From Proteromonas lacertae (taxonomy: Eukaryota), in NCBI GenBank assembly GCA_002245135.1, contig NGBS01000603.1, positions 62,001 to 126,000 of the forward strand: a stretch of DNA of 64,000 nucleotides, written 5' to 3'. Shown piece after piece: positions 26,073 through 39,049 of the stretch. The notes beneath the pieces are model-generated. The model had not been told where the DNA came from. It made no database searches and saw only the letters and a list, made by a program, of their open reading frames with translations. The position numbers and the translations under genes are program-made. Each line of letters opens with the position of its first letter. Positions within the stretch are counted from its first letter, which is position 1.

Positions 26073-27382
26073 TTAGTAAGTATTAGAAGACACAGTGGGA
26101 GAATGATTTGGTTTTGGTTTGACCTCAATATACCTTTTATTAGGAGATGTTAATGGACTAAACAAATTTGAATTAGACATGCCAAACTCATCTAAAGTAG
26201 ATTTTGCTCTTGAACTAACTCTACTTCTATTAATCTCCAGTTCTTCATTGTCTGTTACAGATAATCTCAAATTTGATTTCCTTATAGAGTCGTTGGGAGG
26301 TCTAGTTAGTGTAACTGATCCTTCTTCACATTTAATTTTCATCAATGCAGGATTGAGAGATTTCAAACGTTTTGAACTCTTTTTATCTAATGCATTGTTA
26401 TTACTTTCTTTGATAGTCAACGCTAACATAGAACATTTGGCAACTTTTAGTATTTTTTCAACATCATATATACTATTTCCACTAAAATCATATGCATAAG
26501 GTGATTCTCTGCCAAAATATTTTATCTTAAAATTTTCAAAACAACTACCTACTGGAGGATAAGCACCATTGTGAGCTAATTGATAAGATTTAATAGTATC
26601 AAAATTATTTATTCTAAATATGATATTTTCATATCTAGTATGACCCAGTATATTGTACCTCATTGCTTCTAGCATATTTTGCAGTTCGTAGTATAGATTG
26701 TTTTTTGCAACAATTGAGTAAAATTCGTCGCTATTTACATATCTATAATATTATAATGTCAAAATATACAAAGAGTCAGTCTTGAAATACATATCGCAAT
26801 CTTCTGCAGCATTTGGTTTATGAATTAAATTCAAAATCTCGAGAAATAACTCCAAATCAATATAATTCTCATTTGGAATGCCATTTAACATTATACATAC
26901 TATACAAATAAACATAAATTTGTAAATATATATACATTTAATCACATATTTCAAAGGAACACAAGAAAAAAATATAACGGATTGAAAAAAATCATCCCAA
27001 GTAATTTCATCTTTTTTAGCCACTTTGCTATTATTAATTGCATCTAATTATTACATATAAGTGATAATCTAGAAATACGAAAGCAGGAAAAAAGTTTTTC
27101 TAGTAAGACAGAGTCTTTCATGTTCAATCCTCTTAAAATTAATGATCTATCAACTTGATCAGCCCTAGTAGACTTGATAAAGAAATAAATTTATACCTAA
27201 CCAGCATCACCTTGTAAAAATCTAGTAACTTGCGCACATCTCCATTGGACACTATATTTTTTATTAAATTGCTAAAATATACAACAACAATAATTTGCCA
27301 AAATGAGAGAAATCTCGTTTAAAAGCGATTCTGTATTATTAGACTATTATAAATTCATCAGAAAAAAAGTTAGATATACCAT
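26073..27382 (-). CDS. Uncharacterised protein with degenerate EF-hand-like N-terminal half
   Basis: Six GT-AG introns splice in frame; DEITWDDFF and YIDLELFLEIL resemble degenerate EF-hands; Ser-rich tail. Confidence 0.6.
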
Positions 27383-27682
27383 ATTACTCAACCATCAATG
27401 ATGATTTAATAAATGAAATAAAATTCGTTTTAATAAGTTTGACAGACGCTTGACACAAAAATGATTTTTAATTGGATTGTGAAAGAGTTAAATACACCCC
27501 CAAAATTACAACATTTTCAGAAGATTCTATGAAATACTAAGTATTTTGTGAATTGCCGTTTGTGTTTTGATGTGATGATCCGGTTATTTAAAGTAAAACA
27601 ATTGTTTGATTTAATTTGTAATGAATTATTTATACATAAGGATGTTGTAAATAGATTTTGTCTAGAATAAAAGAATGAAATA

Positions 27683-27719
27683 GAAAATTCTCGATTATTC
27701 TGGAACAAACCTTCTTGAA
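27683..27719. promoter_or_regulatory. Heat-shock element (alternating nGAAn repeats)
   Basis: GAAaaTTCtcGATtaTTCtgGAA followed by TTCttGAA, 27-63 nt upstream of the BAG-HSP20 ATG. Confidence 0.75.
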
Positions 27720-27745
27720 CTTATTTTTTTGACTTTTTATTCTAA

Positions 27746-28876
27746 ATGCAAGAACAAACTCTATCACAAGAAGAACAACAATCAATTAATACTATGAACA
27801 GAATACAAAAGGACTATGAAAGAGAATTAGATAAATATAATCGTTTTAGCGAAAGATATAAAAGAGAGTCATGTAAATATTCATTTTATGTATGGAAATC
27901 ACGTATTAACAAGGAATTTAAACCAGACAAAGAGCAAAAGCTGGCAATATCAAACTATGCTTATCAAATTGGAATGGTTGGTGAAAATATGAATAACTTA
28001 ATACTAAAATTAGATAATATAGATACATATGGAAATGAAAACATCCGACAGACTAGAAAAGAACTGATAAAGACAATCCAAAAATCAATAGATACAAACG
28101 ATAAGCTATACAAACAAGCCAAAAGATTAAACCAACTTTACATAGATCATTTCTTTCCTCCTGAAGTTGATAATAGCAAAATGGAAGAAGAAAGGAATAA
28201 AAATGAAAATGAAAAATCACCATCAACTGAATCTGAATCTGAATCTGAAGAAGAAATAAAAGAAGAAGTAGAAGAAAATAATGAAAATAAATATCAAAAT
28301 ATACCAGATGCTCCTTCACTTAATTCATCTTTAGAAATGGAACAAGAAGATAATAACAACAAAAAATCAAGAAGAAGAAAACACCATCATAATAGACAAA
28401 GTGAAAAACAACAAGAACAACAACAATATAATGAACCATTACTTCCTCAATTTGTAGAAAGTTCTCGACATATTAATAGAAAATGGACACCACGTTATAA
28501 ATTAAATCGTTATGGAAGAGATTTAGCATTGAGAGTTGAATTACCATATGTGAAGGAAGAGAATATAGAAATATCACTAGATCCAGATAATGATACCATA
28601 AATATAAGTGGAATGAGAAATTTAGAGAATATGTACAGTAGATTTAATTCAATGAAAGATTTTAATACTCCAAATTATGATTATTTTGAATTAGAAGTTC
28701 CAATTGAATTGAATAAGATTGATACAGAGAATATTCGTTATGAATTTGAGGATTTTATACTGACAGTTATTTTTCCATCCAAAAGAATAATCTATAATAA
28801 TAGAAATGATAATAGGTATATCAACAGCTGGTTTAATAATGATTATTATCCTCGTAATCCATTTTTCGCATTTTAA
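27746..28876 (+). CDS. Intronless BAG-domain / alpha-crystallin (HSP20) fusion co-chaperone
   Basis: BAG: LILKLDNIDTYGNENIRQTRKELIKTIQ. HSP20: RVELPYVKEENIEISL...INISGMR...IDTENIRYEFEDFILTVIFP. Confidence 0.8.
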   Translation: MQEQTLSQEEQQSINTMNRIQKDYERELDKYNRFSERYKRESCKYSFYVWKSRINKEFKPDKEQKLAISNYAYQIGMVGENMNNLILKLDNIDTYGNENIRQTRKELIKTIQKSIDTNDKLYKQAKRLNQLYIDHFFPPEVDNSKMEEERNKNENEKSPSTESESESEEEIKEEVEENNENKYQNIPDAPSLNSSLEMEQEDNNNKKSRRRKHHHNRQSEKQQEQQQYNEPLLPQFVESSRHINRKWTPRYKLNRYGRDLALRVELPYVKEENIEISLDPDNDTINISGMRNLENMYSRFNSMKDFNTPNYDYFELEVPIELNKIDTENIRYEFEDFILTVIFPSKRIIYNNRNDNRYINSWFNNDYYPRNPFFAF

Positions 28877-29136
28877 TTACATTAATTTTATTATTTAATA
28901 CAATTTTTTTGTTGTTTTGTTGTTTCAAAAACAAAGCATTCTGTAAATATATTTGAATTGTTAAAGAGTATAGCGAAATAATAAAAAAATATAAAATATT
29001 TTGGTTTAACAATTAGTTGTCTCACCTTCATATAGACTTGCGATGCTTGATATGGATTTATGAAGAAATACAAATGTAATGTGGGTAATTTACTTTTGGT
29101 CATAATTACACGTCATAAAAGATTTCATTGTTATAA

Positions 29137-31931
29137 ATGAGTAATACTACCCAGGAGCCACTGTTGAGTGCAGAGGAAGGTAAAGCCAATGGAACTGAGG
29201 AAGGAGTGGTGATCGGACCTAGAGAAAGCATAGACTTAGCTGCTGAAGCATTCAAAAGGGATAGTACAAACGATTTGAACATTTTCAATGGAGTTATTGT
29301 CCCTTGTCTATTGAATATTCTTGGTGTAGTGTTGTTTTTGAGACTTGCATGGGCAATTGGTCAAGCAGGATGGTTACTTGTATTAGTGTATATATATTAC
29401 AATTATTTAACATGAAATAATAATAATAAATAGGATGTTAGCATTAGGAGAATCGTTAGCATTGTTAACTGTATTATCTGTAAGTGCTATTGTAACAAAT
29501 GGTCATATGAAAGGAGGAGGTTCTTATTATATGATTAGTCGTTTATTAGGACCAGAATTTGGAGGTGCTATAGGTGTTTTGTTCTATTTTGCATATGCAA
29601 TTGGTTGTAGTTTCTATACATCAGGTTTTGCTACATTAATATACAACTCCTTTTTCACTAATTATAATCAATACAGTACAACTGTAATAATTGGATTATG
29701 TGCACTAGTATTTTTATTTTCAGTCGCTATGATTGGTGCTACAGCTTATACAAAAGTTAATGTGATATTATTCTTAATACAAATAACATCTATATGGTGT
29801 GCAATTACTGCAATGTGGTTTAGAAGTCCTCATGAGCTAGATAATGGTGGTTATTATAGTGGGATGAAATGGGATACATTTATGAACAACAGTAAAGCAG
29901 AGTATATATAGATTATTATTTTTTATTATTTTATAGTTATACAATATCAGAAGAATGTGGAAATAGTTTATGCGATTTTAAAACCATCTTTGGTGTTATA
30001 TTCCCTGCAGTTATTGGTATAATGGAAGGCGCAAATTTAAGTGGAGATTTAAAAGATCCAAGAGCAACAGTAGGCAAAGGTACATTGATAGCTGTGTTGA
30101 GTGCTATTGCTCATTATGTTATATTAATATTGACATTCAGTGCAACAATGGATAGAGAAGCTTTAAGAGATAATCCCAATGCTTTTCAAGATATTATTTA
30201 TAATAAATATATATCTATAATTGGTGCATCTACTTCATCATTATCTGCAGCTTTAGCTACATTGTTTGGTAGTAGCCGTATATTACAAGCATTATGTAGA
30301 GATAATTTATTCCCAATAATTAAATCAATTGGCAAAGGATATGGTTCACAAGATGAACCACGAAGAGCTGTTGTTTGTTCATTTGTCGTAGGAGTTATCT
30401 GTATTTTAGTTGGATCATTTGATGTATTAGCTCAAGTTATTACTGGATTCTTTTGTTTAGGTTATAGTTTGATTAATTTATCTTGTTTCTTGATGAGAAT
30501 TAGTGGTACTCCCAACTTCAGACCTACATTTAGATGTTATGGTTGGCCATTATCTTTAGCTGGTGCTATTTTAGGTATTGCATTAATGTTTTCATTAAAT
30601 GTATGGTACGCTTTATTAGCAACTGGAATATGGATTGTTTTGTTCATTTATTTGATTTATACAGCACCAGAATCCCCTTGGGGTGATATTGGTCAAGCCT
30701 TAATCTTCCATCAAGTTAGAAAGTATTTGTTACGTCTAGACACTAAAGAAAATCATCCAAAGTTCTGGAGACCATCGATTTTATTATTAGCTGATGATGC
30801 ATCTCCTCCATTACTCTCATTCTGTAATGTAGTTAAGAAAGGAGGATTATATGTAGTAGGTAATGTAATAGTAGGTGATTTTAATGATAATGTCCAATTA
30901 TCTAAAGATTTGAAAGATGCTTGGAATCAATATATTACTAAAACTCATTTGAAAGCATTCCCAACTATTGTAATTGCTAATGATGCAAGAGATGGTTATA
31001 GAGAGTTGATAATGTGTGGTGGATTAGGAGCTTTAAATCCAAATACTATTATTATACCATTCTATGAAGATCCGTATATTATATTTATATTTATATATAA
31101 ATAGAAGAAAATTACAAAGAAATCCAACCACTGGCTATTATTCTGATTTAGTTCAAATGTTATCAACAGAAAGTCAATCTAAATTAGCAGCAGTATATAA
31201 TTATATATATATATATATTATAATATAATAATAATAATTATTATTATTAGAGAAATACCTTTGGTTCATCAGACAAATTCGTAGGAATATTAAGAGATTC
31301 ATTGAAATTAGATAAACACTTATTAATCACTCGTCACTTTGACAGTGATATAATGTGGAATTTCTTTGGTTCAAGAAAACAAGCTGATAATGGATTAAGT
31401 GACTTTGGAGCTTCACCAGTCAACAAGACTTTAGATGTTTATATCTTCGGTAAATGGAATTGGGAAGTATTTAATGGCAGTTTATCATTAATGATTCAAT
31501 TAGCCCATATTACTCACAGTAACTCCAAATATGCTTCAACTAGTTTCAGATTAATTGAAATTGTAGGTCAAGAAGAAGTACATGGTAAAGAAGAAGAGAA
31601 TTTGAAATTGTTAATTAAAGAGACTAGAATTAGAGCTACTCCAAAGTTGGTTATTGCTACACCTGACCAAATTACAAGAGCATCTGATAATCAAGATAAA
31701 ACTAAAGTTGCTGATTTGAATAAAACTGAGTTGAATAAGTTATATAACAATATTATTATGAACCAGTCAACTAACAGTGTATTGGTATTTGTGAAGATTG
31801 ATCCTCCAAATGATGATGCTGATGAATATGAGAAGTATTATAAAGATTTAGAAATACTTGGTAATAATCTTCCACCATTGTGTATGGTAACAACTGAATC
31901 AACACAAGCAGTTATTACAAGAGAGATTTAA
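29137..31931 (+). CDS. SLC12 cation-chloride cotransporter (SLC12A9/CCC-like)
   Basis: GVIVPCLLNILGVVLFLRL, AIVTNG..GGGSYYMISRLLGPEFGGAIG, GIMEGANLSGDL, PNFRPTF, KFWRPSILL; four introns. Confidence 0.93.
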
Positions 31932-32047
31932 ACAACATTAATCTCTGACAAATGCTTTTGTTGATTTTATTTTGTTTTTTTGTTTTTGTTTACATAAAAA
32001 ATATATTCGTTTCTTTTTTCATTTTATTTTTTTTTAATTTAAAAAAT

Positions 32048-33113
32048 ATGGAAGAACTGGAAGTTCAAATGAAAACGTATATAAATTTTGTTGATATAGT
32101 CATAGATATGAAACCCAATTATCACAAATGGAAGAGAATAAAGAACAATATGGTGATCAGTTCGAAACTTATAAGACAACACTCACTAAATGTATTCTTT
32201 TAACAAAAGCCTCAGTATATTTCTCATATTTTTAACTAGTAATGTAGTTGGATGCTGTAAAAGCAGATGATGAAGAACTTGCTTCCAAAGGAGAAAATAC
32301 AAACGAAACTCCATTAGATGAAAATGGTAAACCATGTATAATCATTATATTTATTAGTATATGTAAATAGTACCACAATATGCTGTAGGAACAAAAGTAT
32401 TAGCTCTATATCTCATAGATGGTGAAAAATATCCAGCTGTAATCGATCGTATAGTAGATGCAGGTAGAAAATACCTAATAACATTCACAGGTTATGGAAA
32501 TCATGTTGTTGTATTGAATAGTCACATTAGTGATATTAATAAAGGTTCCAAAGAAGCTCAAGTAGAAGCAAGTGATATAAAAGTGGGAAATAAAGTCAGA
32601 GCTATGTATCCTTATGATGGCAAGTTTTATGATGCAATTATTAAGGCAATCGAAGGAGATTCTGTAACAATTAACTTTTTAGTGTATAGCGAAACTCTTA
32701 CAGTAAAAATAGAAGATCTTAGAAAGAAGAAAAACATACTACAAGCTGATAAAAATGGTGAAATTGCTATTCCTGATTCATTGAGAATTCTACCAACAGA
32801 TGATCAAAGAACAAAAGATCGTAAGAAGAAGACACTTAAATCGATAAAATATAAAAACCATAAAGCTCAATTAGAGAAAATTGAAGCAGATAAACAAAAG
32901 GAATGGACAAGCTTTCAGAAGAAGATATCTAAGAAGAAGACGTATGGTTTTCTTACTAGTGTTGCTATGAAACAGAAAAGTGCATTTGCTACACCTGAAT
33001 CTGATTTTGGTCTTGTTGGTAAGGTTGGAGTGTCTGGATCTGGTAAGAAAATGACAGAACCTCCAAAGATGCAGAAAATATCAAAGACTGAGAAGAGAGA
33101 TTTGATTTTGTAA
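32048..33113 (+). CDS. SPF30/SMNDC1-like splicing factor with two Tudor domains
   Basis: Tudor repeats VGTKVLALYLIDGEKYPAVI..TFTGYGN and VGNKVRAMYPYDGKFYDAII; SPF30 tail IPDSLRILPTD, KQKEWTSF, GKVGVSGSGKKMT. Confidence 0.82.
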
Positions 33114-33262
33114 TTTAGATTTATTATTTTTGTTGATTTTTTGTTGTTAAAATATAAGAATATGCTTAAAGAACATTTTTATAAAATACAACATCATTTT
33201 TTTCAAAAAAACAATATGAATAAGCAAGATTTCTATTATTGAAACGGCTAGTTGTGATTTTA

Positions 33263-33720
33263 ATGTCTGAAGCAAAGAAACTAGAAGCAAAATTATACCT
33301 TGGTATTGATATATGCAATTTTATATAATAGGAGAAGTAAAAGAAAGAGACTGGATAGAACCAGATCCTGATTTTGGAGAACTAACTACTGTATGGCCTT
33401 ATAGTTATTATTGTAACTAGATAACATTTGTTGATACTTCTAAAAAAGTTATAAGCACTTCAGAGGTATTATTTATTCTATTATTTATTATAGTTTCCTG
33501 TAGGCCATACTGTTGATCATTTAAAACTATTTATTGAAGAAACGACAGAAAATCCATCCGAAATAGTAGTATTTATACATTTTTTATAAATGTCCATAAA
33601 TAGGTGCTGACATTCAATGGAAAAGAAATGCTAGGCCCATTATCCATATCAGATTATCCGCAATTAACAAATCCATCAGCCTCTCATGATATTACAGTGT
33701 CTTATAAGAAGGGCAAATAA
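33263..33720 (+). CDS. Small ubiquitin-like-fold protein
   Basis: Four GT-AG introns splice in frame: ITFVD...FPVGHTVDHLKLFIEE...LTFNGKEMLGPLSISDYP. Confidence 0.65.
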
Positions 33721-33816
33721 ATTAACATATGTATTATTTTTTATAATTTGTGTGTGTGTTTCATACCCAATATAACGAAAAATATATATATATAAAGAAA
33801 ATGAAAAACACATTTT

Positions 33817-35540
33817 TTAATTCTTTTGAACAATAATAGTAGGAGTGGTAATAGTTTCACTATCTCCATCTTTTACGAATGATACTCTCAATCTTAACTT
33901 AAACGGCTGATCAGCATCAAATTTAGTCATTTTCACATGATGTTCTATACTTTTCACAGCTTGAGGTAATAAACTATCTTCCAGAGGATCAGTTATACAC
34001 TGACAATACTTTGCTGAATTAATTTGAACAGCAAAATCATTATAAATATAAGAAGTATAATTGGTATATTGAACTAAAATATCAACATTGTTATTCCCAT
34101 TACTATATTAAATAAATAAAATATAATTATATATATTATACAAATTAGCAGTGAATCTGATAGTAATCAAATCATCTTTGTACACTTCTTCAGATGCATT
34201 TTCAGCTTCAGCTTCTGTTCTTTTCTTCAAACATTTTGCACAAAGTGTCTTACTCTTTGAATTCTCAAAACCACAGGAACATACCCAATTCTTATTTCTA
34301 TTCACCATCATTTTCTTCTTTAATTTGTCTTCCTCTTCTGCTTCACTTTCTGATGTGGATGAATTACCATTTCCTTCAATGAATGGAGGCATTTCAACAC
34401 TATAATAAAAATAAAAATATATAATTATACATTGTTGCACCAGCTGGAACATTACTTCTTTTATTCCTTTCTAGTTCCATTGATAAACCATCACTTCGTA
34501 ATAATGATCGACTATGTCTTGCAGTTCTCTAAAAATATATTAATATAATTTATATATATATACTTTTGTGTTTTTACAACATACTACAAAAAAGCAACCA
34601 ATCATCACCAACATCGCTAATAAGAATCCCCATGTATCACTTAGACTATATTCTGTAGATGGAGTATCTGGTACAGGAATTGTACAATTTTCTCCTTTAT
34701 ATTTACTAATGCATTTACATGTACCATCACTGTTACATGTTCCTTGATTTGAACAAGTTACATTTGCTAAACAATAACGATTACAGTTTTTATTATAATA
34801 GTTTTCATTACATTGACATCTACCATCATCTAGACATTGACCATTGCTACTACAATTTAAATCAGGATGACAATATATATTACATAAAGGACCAGTCCAT
34901 CTATAAAAATATAAATATATATATATACCTATCATTACATGAACATGTTGAATTGGATGTACACTGTCCATGACCATTACATATACTATCATCACACTTT
35001 ATACAACTACCATCCTTATCTTTAGTATAACCCGAATTACAAACACAATTGCCATGATTACATATTCCATTATCATTGTTACAATAATGATAGATATTAC
35101 TATCTTTATCGAGGGATGAACCTGGACAAGTTATATTGCAATTATCACCAGTCCATCTAATATTAATAAAATATTTTAAAATAATTATTATAAATACTCA
35201 TTATCACAACTACATTTCCCTTCTACATTACAATCACCATGATCATAACATGTTTCTTTTGCATCACAATATATATTACAATTTGGTAGAATATAATAAG
35301 GAGGCTTACAATAACAAGAATTATCTGTCTCATTTCTAGTTGACTTACCAGGGCATGGTACTAAAGTAGTAGCCTGTACAGTAGTAGTTTCTTCAGATGT
35401 AAAATTTGTTTGCAACTCTAGAAGAAAGTGAATTATATATGACTAACACTATATATACCAGCATCCTCATCACATGATGCGAATGAGAAAATATATAAAC
35501 AGAAGAATGTAAAAAGTGTTAAACTGCGCTTATACAACAT
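33817..35540 (-). CDS. Type I membrane protein: signal peptide, EGF-like repeats, TM, RanBP2-type zinc finger, gamma-adaptin-ear-like domain
   Basis: Repeated CxxxGxCxxxGxCxC; TM WGFLLAMLVMIGCFFVVCC; WVCSCGFENSKSKTLCAKC; C-terminal VYKDDLITIRF...YTNYTSYIYNDFAVQINSAK...PFKLRLRVSF. The TM-to-C-terminus junctions splice in frame. Confidence 0.78.
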
Positions 35541-35653
35541 TTTTCTATTTTTGTTACTCAAACCTGTGATTTGATTCATTTAATGAAAATATAGTCGTTA
35601 TGAATAATAAAAACACAATATAAACTCATCAAATGGTTATAATACATAATTAA

Positions 35654-38600
35654 TTATTCAACATTTAAAAACACTTTTAATATTTCTTTCTTTTCTTCTT
35701 CTGAAATTCCATTCAGCTCTATTCTTCCAATTAAATCAAATGTGTCTAAAAATGATTTTAACTCTGATCTATCTATATTTTCCTTTACTGTTATTGATAA
35801 TCTATCCAATTTGTAAAATATTTCATGATTCTCTCTCATTAATTTCAATTCATTTTCATTTAATTCATTTCCTACTATATTAATACCTCTTGATAACTTA
35901 CAATCTATTAATCTTTCTAATAACATTATAAAACCTTTTTCACTCATTACAACTTCTATTCAAATCACATAATTATAATATAATAAAAATACTTGATAGA
36001 TTTAATGACAGTGGATTATAATGTCTATCTTTTTCAACAAATATATCCAAATATTTACAGATTATTTCTATACCTTCATCTCGAATTTCATTATTGAATA
36101 TTATAATATCTTCAGCATCTTTTGGTAAAGAATCTACTAACTCTTTTAATCCTTTTGAACTGATTTTATTTTTGGATAAATCAATTTCTTTAAAATCAAT
36201 CTGTTTAATTAATGATATGTGAGAATCATTAATATTCATATCTATTATTGATTAAATTTTAAAATTCTATACTTGAAAAATCATATTCCCTATAATCTAT
36301 CCTTTTCTTGTTTATACAATAATTCAAATAATACTCCAATTCTTCGTTTTTCCATGATGAACATTTTATTTTTATAAATGGATATTCTCCTTTTTCTAAT
36401 GATTTTGAACAAATTGTTTCTAATCCATTCATTCTGACATTATTTCCACTTAGATCTATTCTGTCACATTCTCTATTCGATTTTATATTATCTGCTAATA
36501 ATATTACACTTTCATCATCAATTGAGATATTACTCAAATTCATATTGTAAGGATATTCTATTAATATTTCTATATTATCTACAAACAATTTAAAACCATC
36601 ATTACCAATTGGATTATCTATTGATGAAATACAACAAACATTAATATAAAACATACTATGAATAATCAGTGTTTTAATATATAAATTTTCTTTCATAAGC
36701 TCTAGCAAATATTTTACTCCATTTGAATCAATATTATTATTACTTATATCAAGTATACTTACCCTTTTATCATACATTAAACCTTTTATTAAATACTTTA
36801 ATCCAACTGAAGATAATACCATTTCTATTTCATATTAAATATTAATAATTATACTTGAACAGTCAATTTTGCCACAATAGGGTAGTAAATAAGGCAAAGA
36901 ATGAAATAGCATTTTAATTCCTTCATCTCCTATCTCATTTCCACATAATTCAAGATGTTTAAGATTTGGAAATGATGATAGATTGTTAATCAGTAATTCA
37001 ACACTTTTAGATGTTAGTTTATTATCTAAAGTAATAGAAATAAATCAAACTATACTACATAAATTCAGCTCTTCTATTTCTCTCATCTCATTTGATCTTA
37101 AAGAAACAAACGATCTGAAAAGATCATCATCAATATCTGAATTACTCAGACTTAAACATTTATTATTTTTGATTATTTCTGGAACATCTCTATCAATCAG
37201 TAATTCAATACTCCCATTTAAATCAAATAATACTTTTGAAATAGGAAATTTGGAGAATAAAGCTTTTAATCCTTTTGAATGAATATTCCCGTTGAATTTA
37301 ATATCTATTTTGTTAATATTTGGATATTTATATAATTCTTCTGATAATAATATCATTGATTCATCATTCAAATTCATAAATTGAAGATCCAATTCATTAT
37401 CTTTGTTGATTAATAAATGTAGATATGGAAGTAAAAATTTGAATCCTTTTGGACCAATAGGATTAGCTATTCCAATATTAAAAAAAATATATCAAATACT
37501 TGCAACATCAATGTATTTTAATCTCATAAATGGAATTGATTTAACAAATGATTCAATGAAAATATAAGTAAATTTACAAAACAAAAACCCTAATTCTTGA
37601 AGACTTGACATATTACAAATATATAATGCAAATAATGGTTGATATTTGAATAAAACATTAACATTATCTACACAAAAAATAATGACCATGAATATACAGA
37701 AACTTAATTTTGTAGGATTGATTAACTTCAATATTCTAAAGAAATAATCCATTCCTTCTTCACATACACATATCACTGTAGAATTAATAACAATTCTTTC
37801 TTCAGCTAATCTATTGTAAATTCCAAATATCATTTTATCTAAATAACATTCTGATTTTTGTGTTTTGCATTTATGTTTAATCTGAAATTTCAGTCTATCA
37901 TTAATTGACTTATCTTTTTTGTATAATTCCTTCATTAATAGAATTGATAATATTCTCTCATTTGGATTATTATTGTAAAATTCTATCAATTCATCTAGAT
38001 GTGAATGCCACTTACAACTATGAAGAGTGTATTGCTGTGGATATAAAATTTCAAGAGTCATTATATCATTATTTGATAATATCTCTTTTCTTTCTTTCAT
38101 CATCATTAGATTATCATATTTATCTTTATATACTTTACACATTTTTATCATTTCCTTATTCAACTCTTTTAAACTCATTCTATCTTCATTCTTTAATTTC
38201 AACATTCTTTTTATCATTTCTTTCATTGAAATATTACATTCTACATCTAAATTATATTTACATCTCATGACATTATTAACTGTTCTTTTGATATTATTAT
38301 CTTCATTAAATGGTAATTTCTTACAAATCATTTCATATAATATACAGCCAATTGACCAAATCACACTTCTTTCATTACATTCATATCCATTCAACTCTTC
38401 TGGACTTTTAAAACAAAGATCATATATTTTCACATCTTCTTCTTTTCTCAACAAATCCAAGAACAAATCGCATATCTTTATATTATTATCTCCTTCAATT
38501 ATTACATTATTATTCTTTAAATTATTTATTACTATATAATATTCACTCAATACTATAACAACATCACATATTGAACTAATCACTCTACAAATATCACTGT

Positions 38601-38963
38601 TTGAAAAGAATTTACTTTGAATCATCTCCTCCAAATCTCTATCATAATAATTTCGTGATATCACTATACACTCACTATCTTTCTTAATCTGAAACACTCT
38701 AAAAGGACAGATAAAGGATAAACAACAATCTGATAATAAGGAGTTATTCTCACAGAAGTCTAATATTCTTTTTTCTTTCATTCCACATATATTTAATATT
38801 TTTATCACATTCACATCATTTTGCTGTTCAACTAACAAATCTACTTCATTTATACTCTTCTCTACTCGCTCTTTTAACTATTAAATATATTATACACACA
38901 TACTTTTATATTGGGATTTATATATTTCATTACATCCTCTACAATGAAATTACAGCAAAACAT
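35654..38963 (-). CDS. NEK-like pseudokinase fused to ribonuclease-inhibitor-type LRRs
   Basis: Kinase fold with degenerate motifs (INNLKNNN, ICDLF, SPEE, SVIWSIG) followed by many LxxNxIxxxG repeats; start codon uncertain. Confidence 0.8.
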
Positions 38964-39049
38964 TTTTTTGAATTTTGGGGTTTATATTTTTTGCACCATA
39001 TTCAAACTTGAGGTTTGAGATTTAAAAATTCTTTTTCTCTCAATATAGA

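Noticed and set aside
32606..32613. GTATCCTT, a perfect U12 GT donor
   Set aside because: Lies in the Tudor coding motif RAMYPYDG, in an open frame with no branch motif downstream.
36549..36556. ATATCCTT on the minus strand
   Set aside because: Inside an uninterrupted LRR exon (EYPYNMNL); no branch site and no need for splicing.
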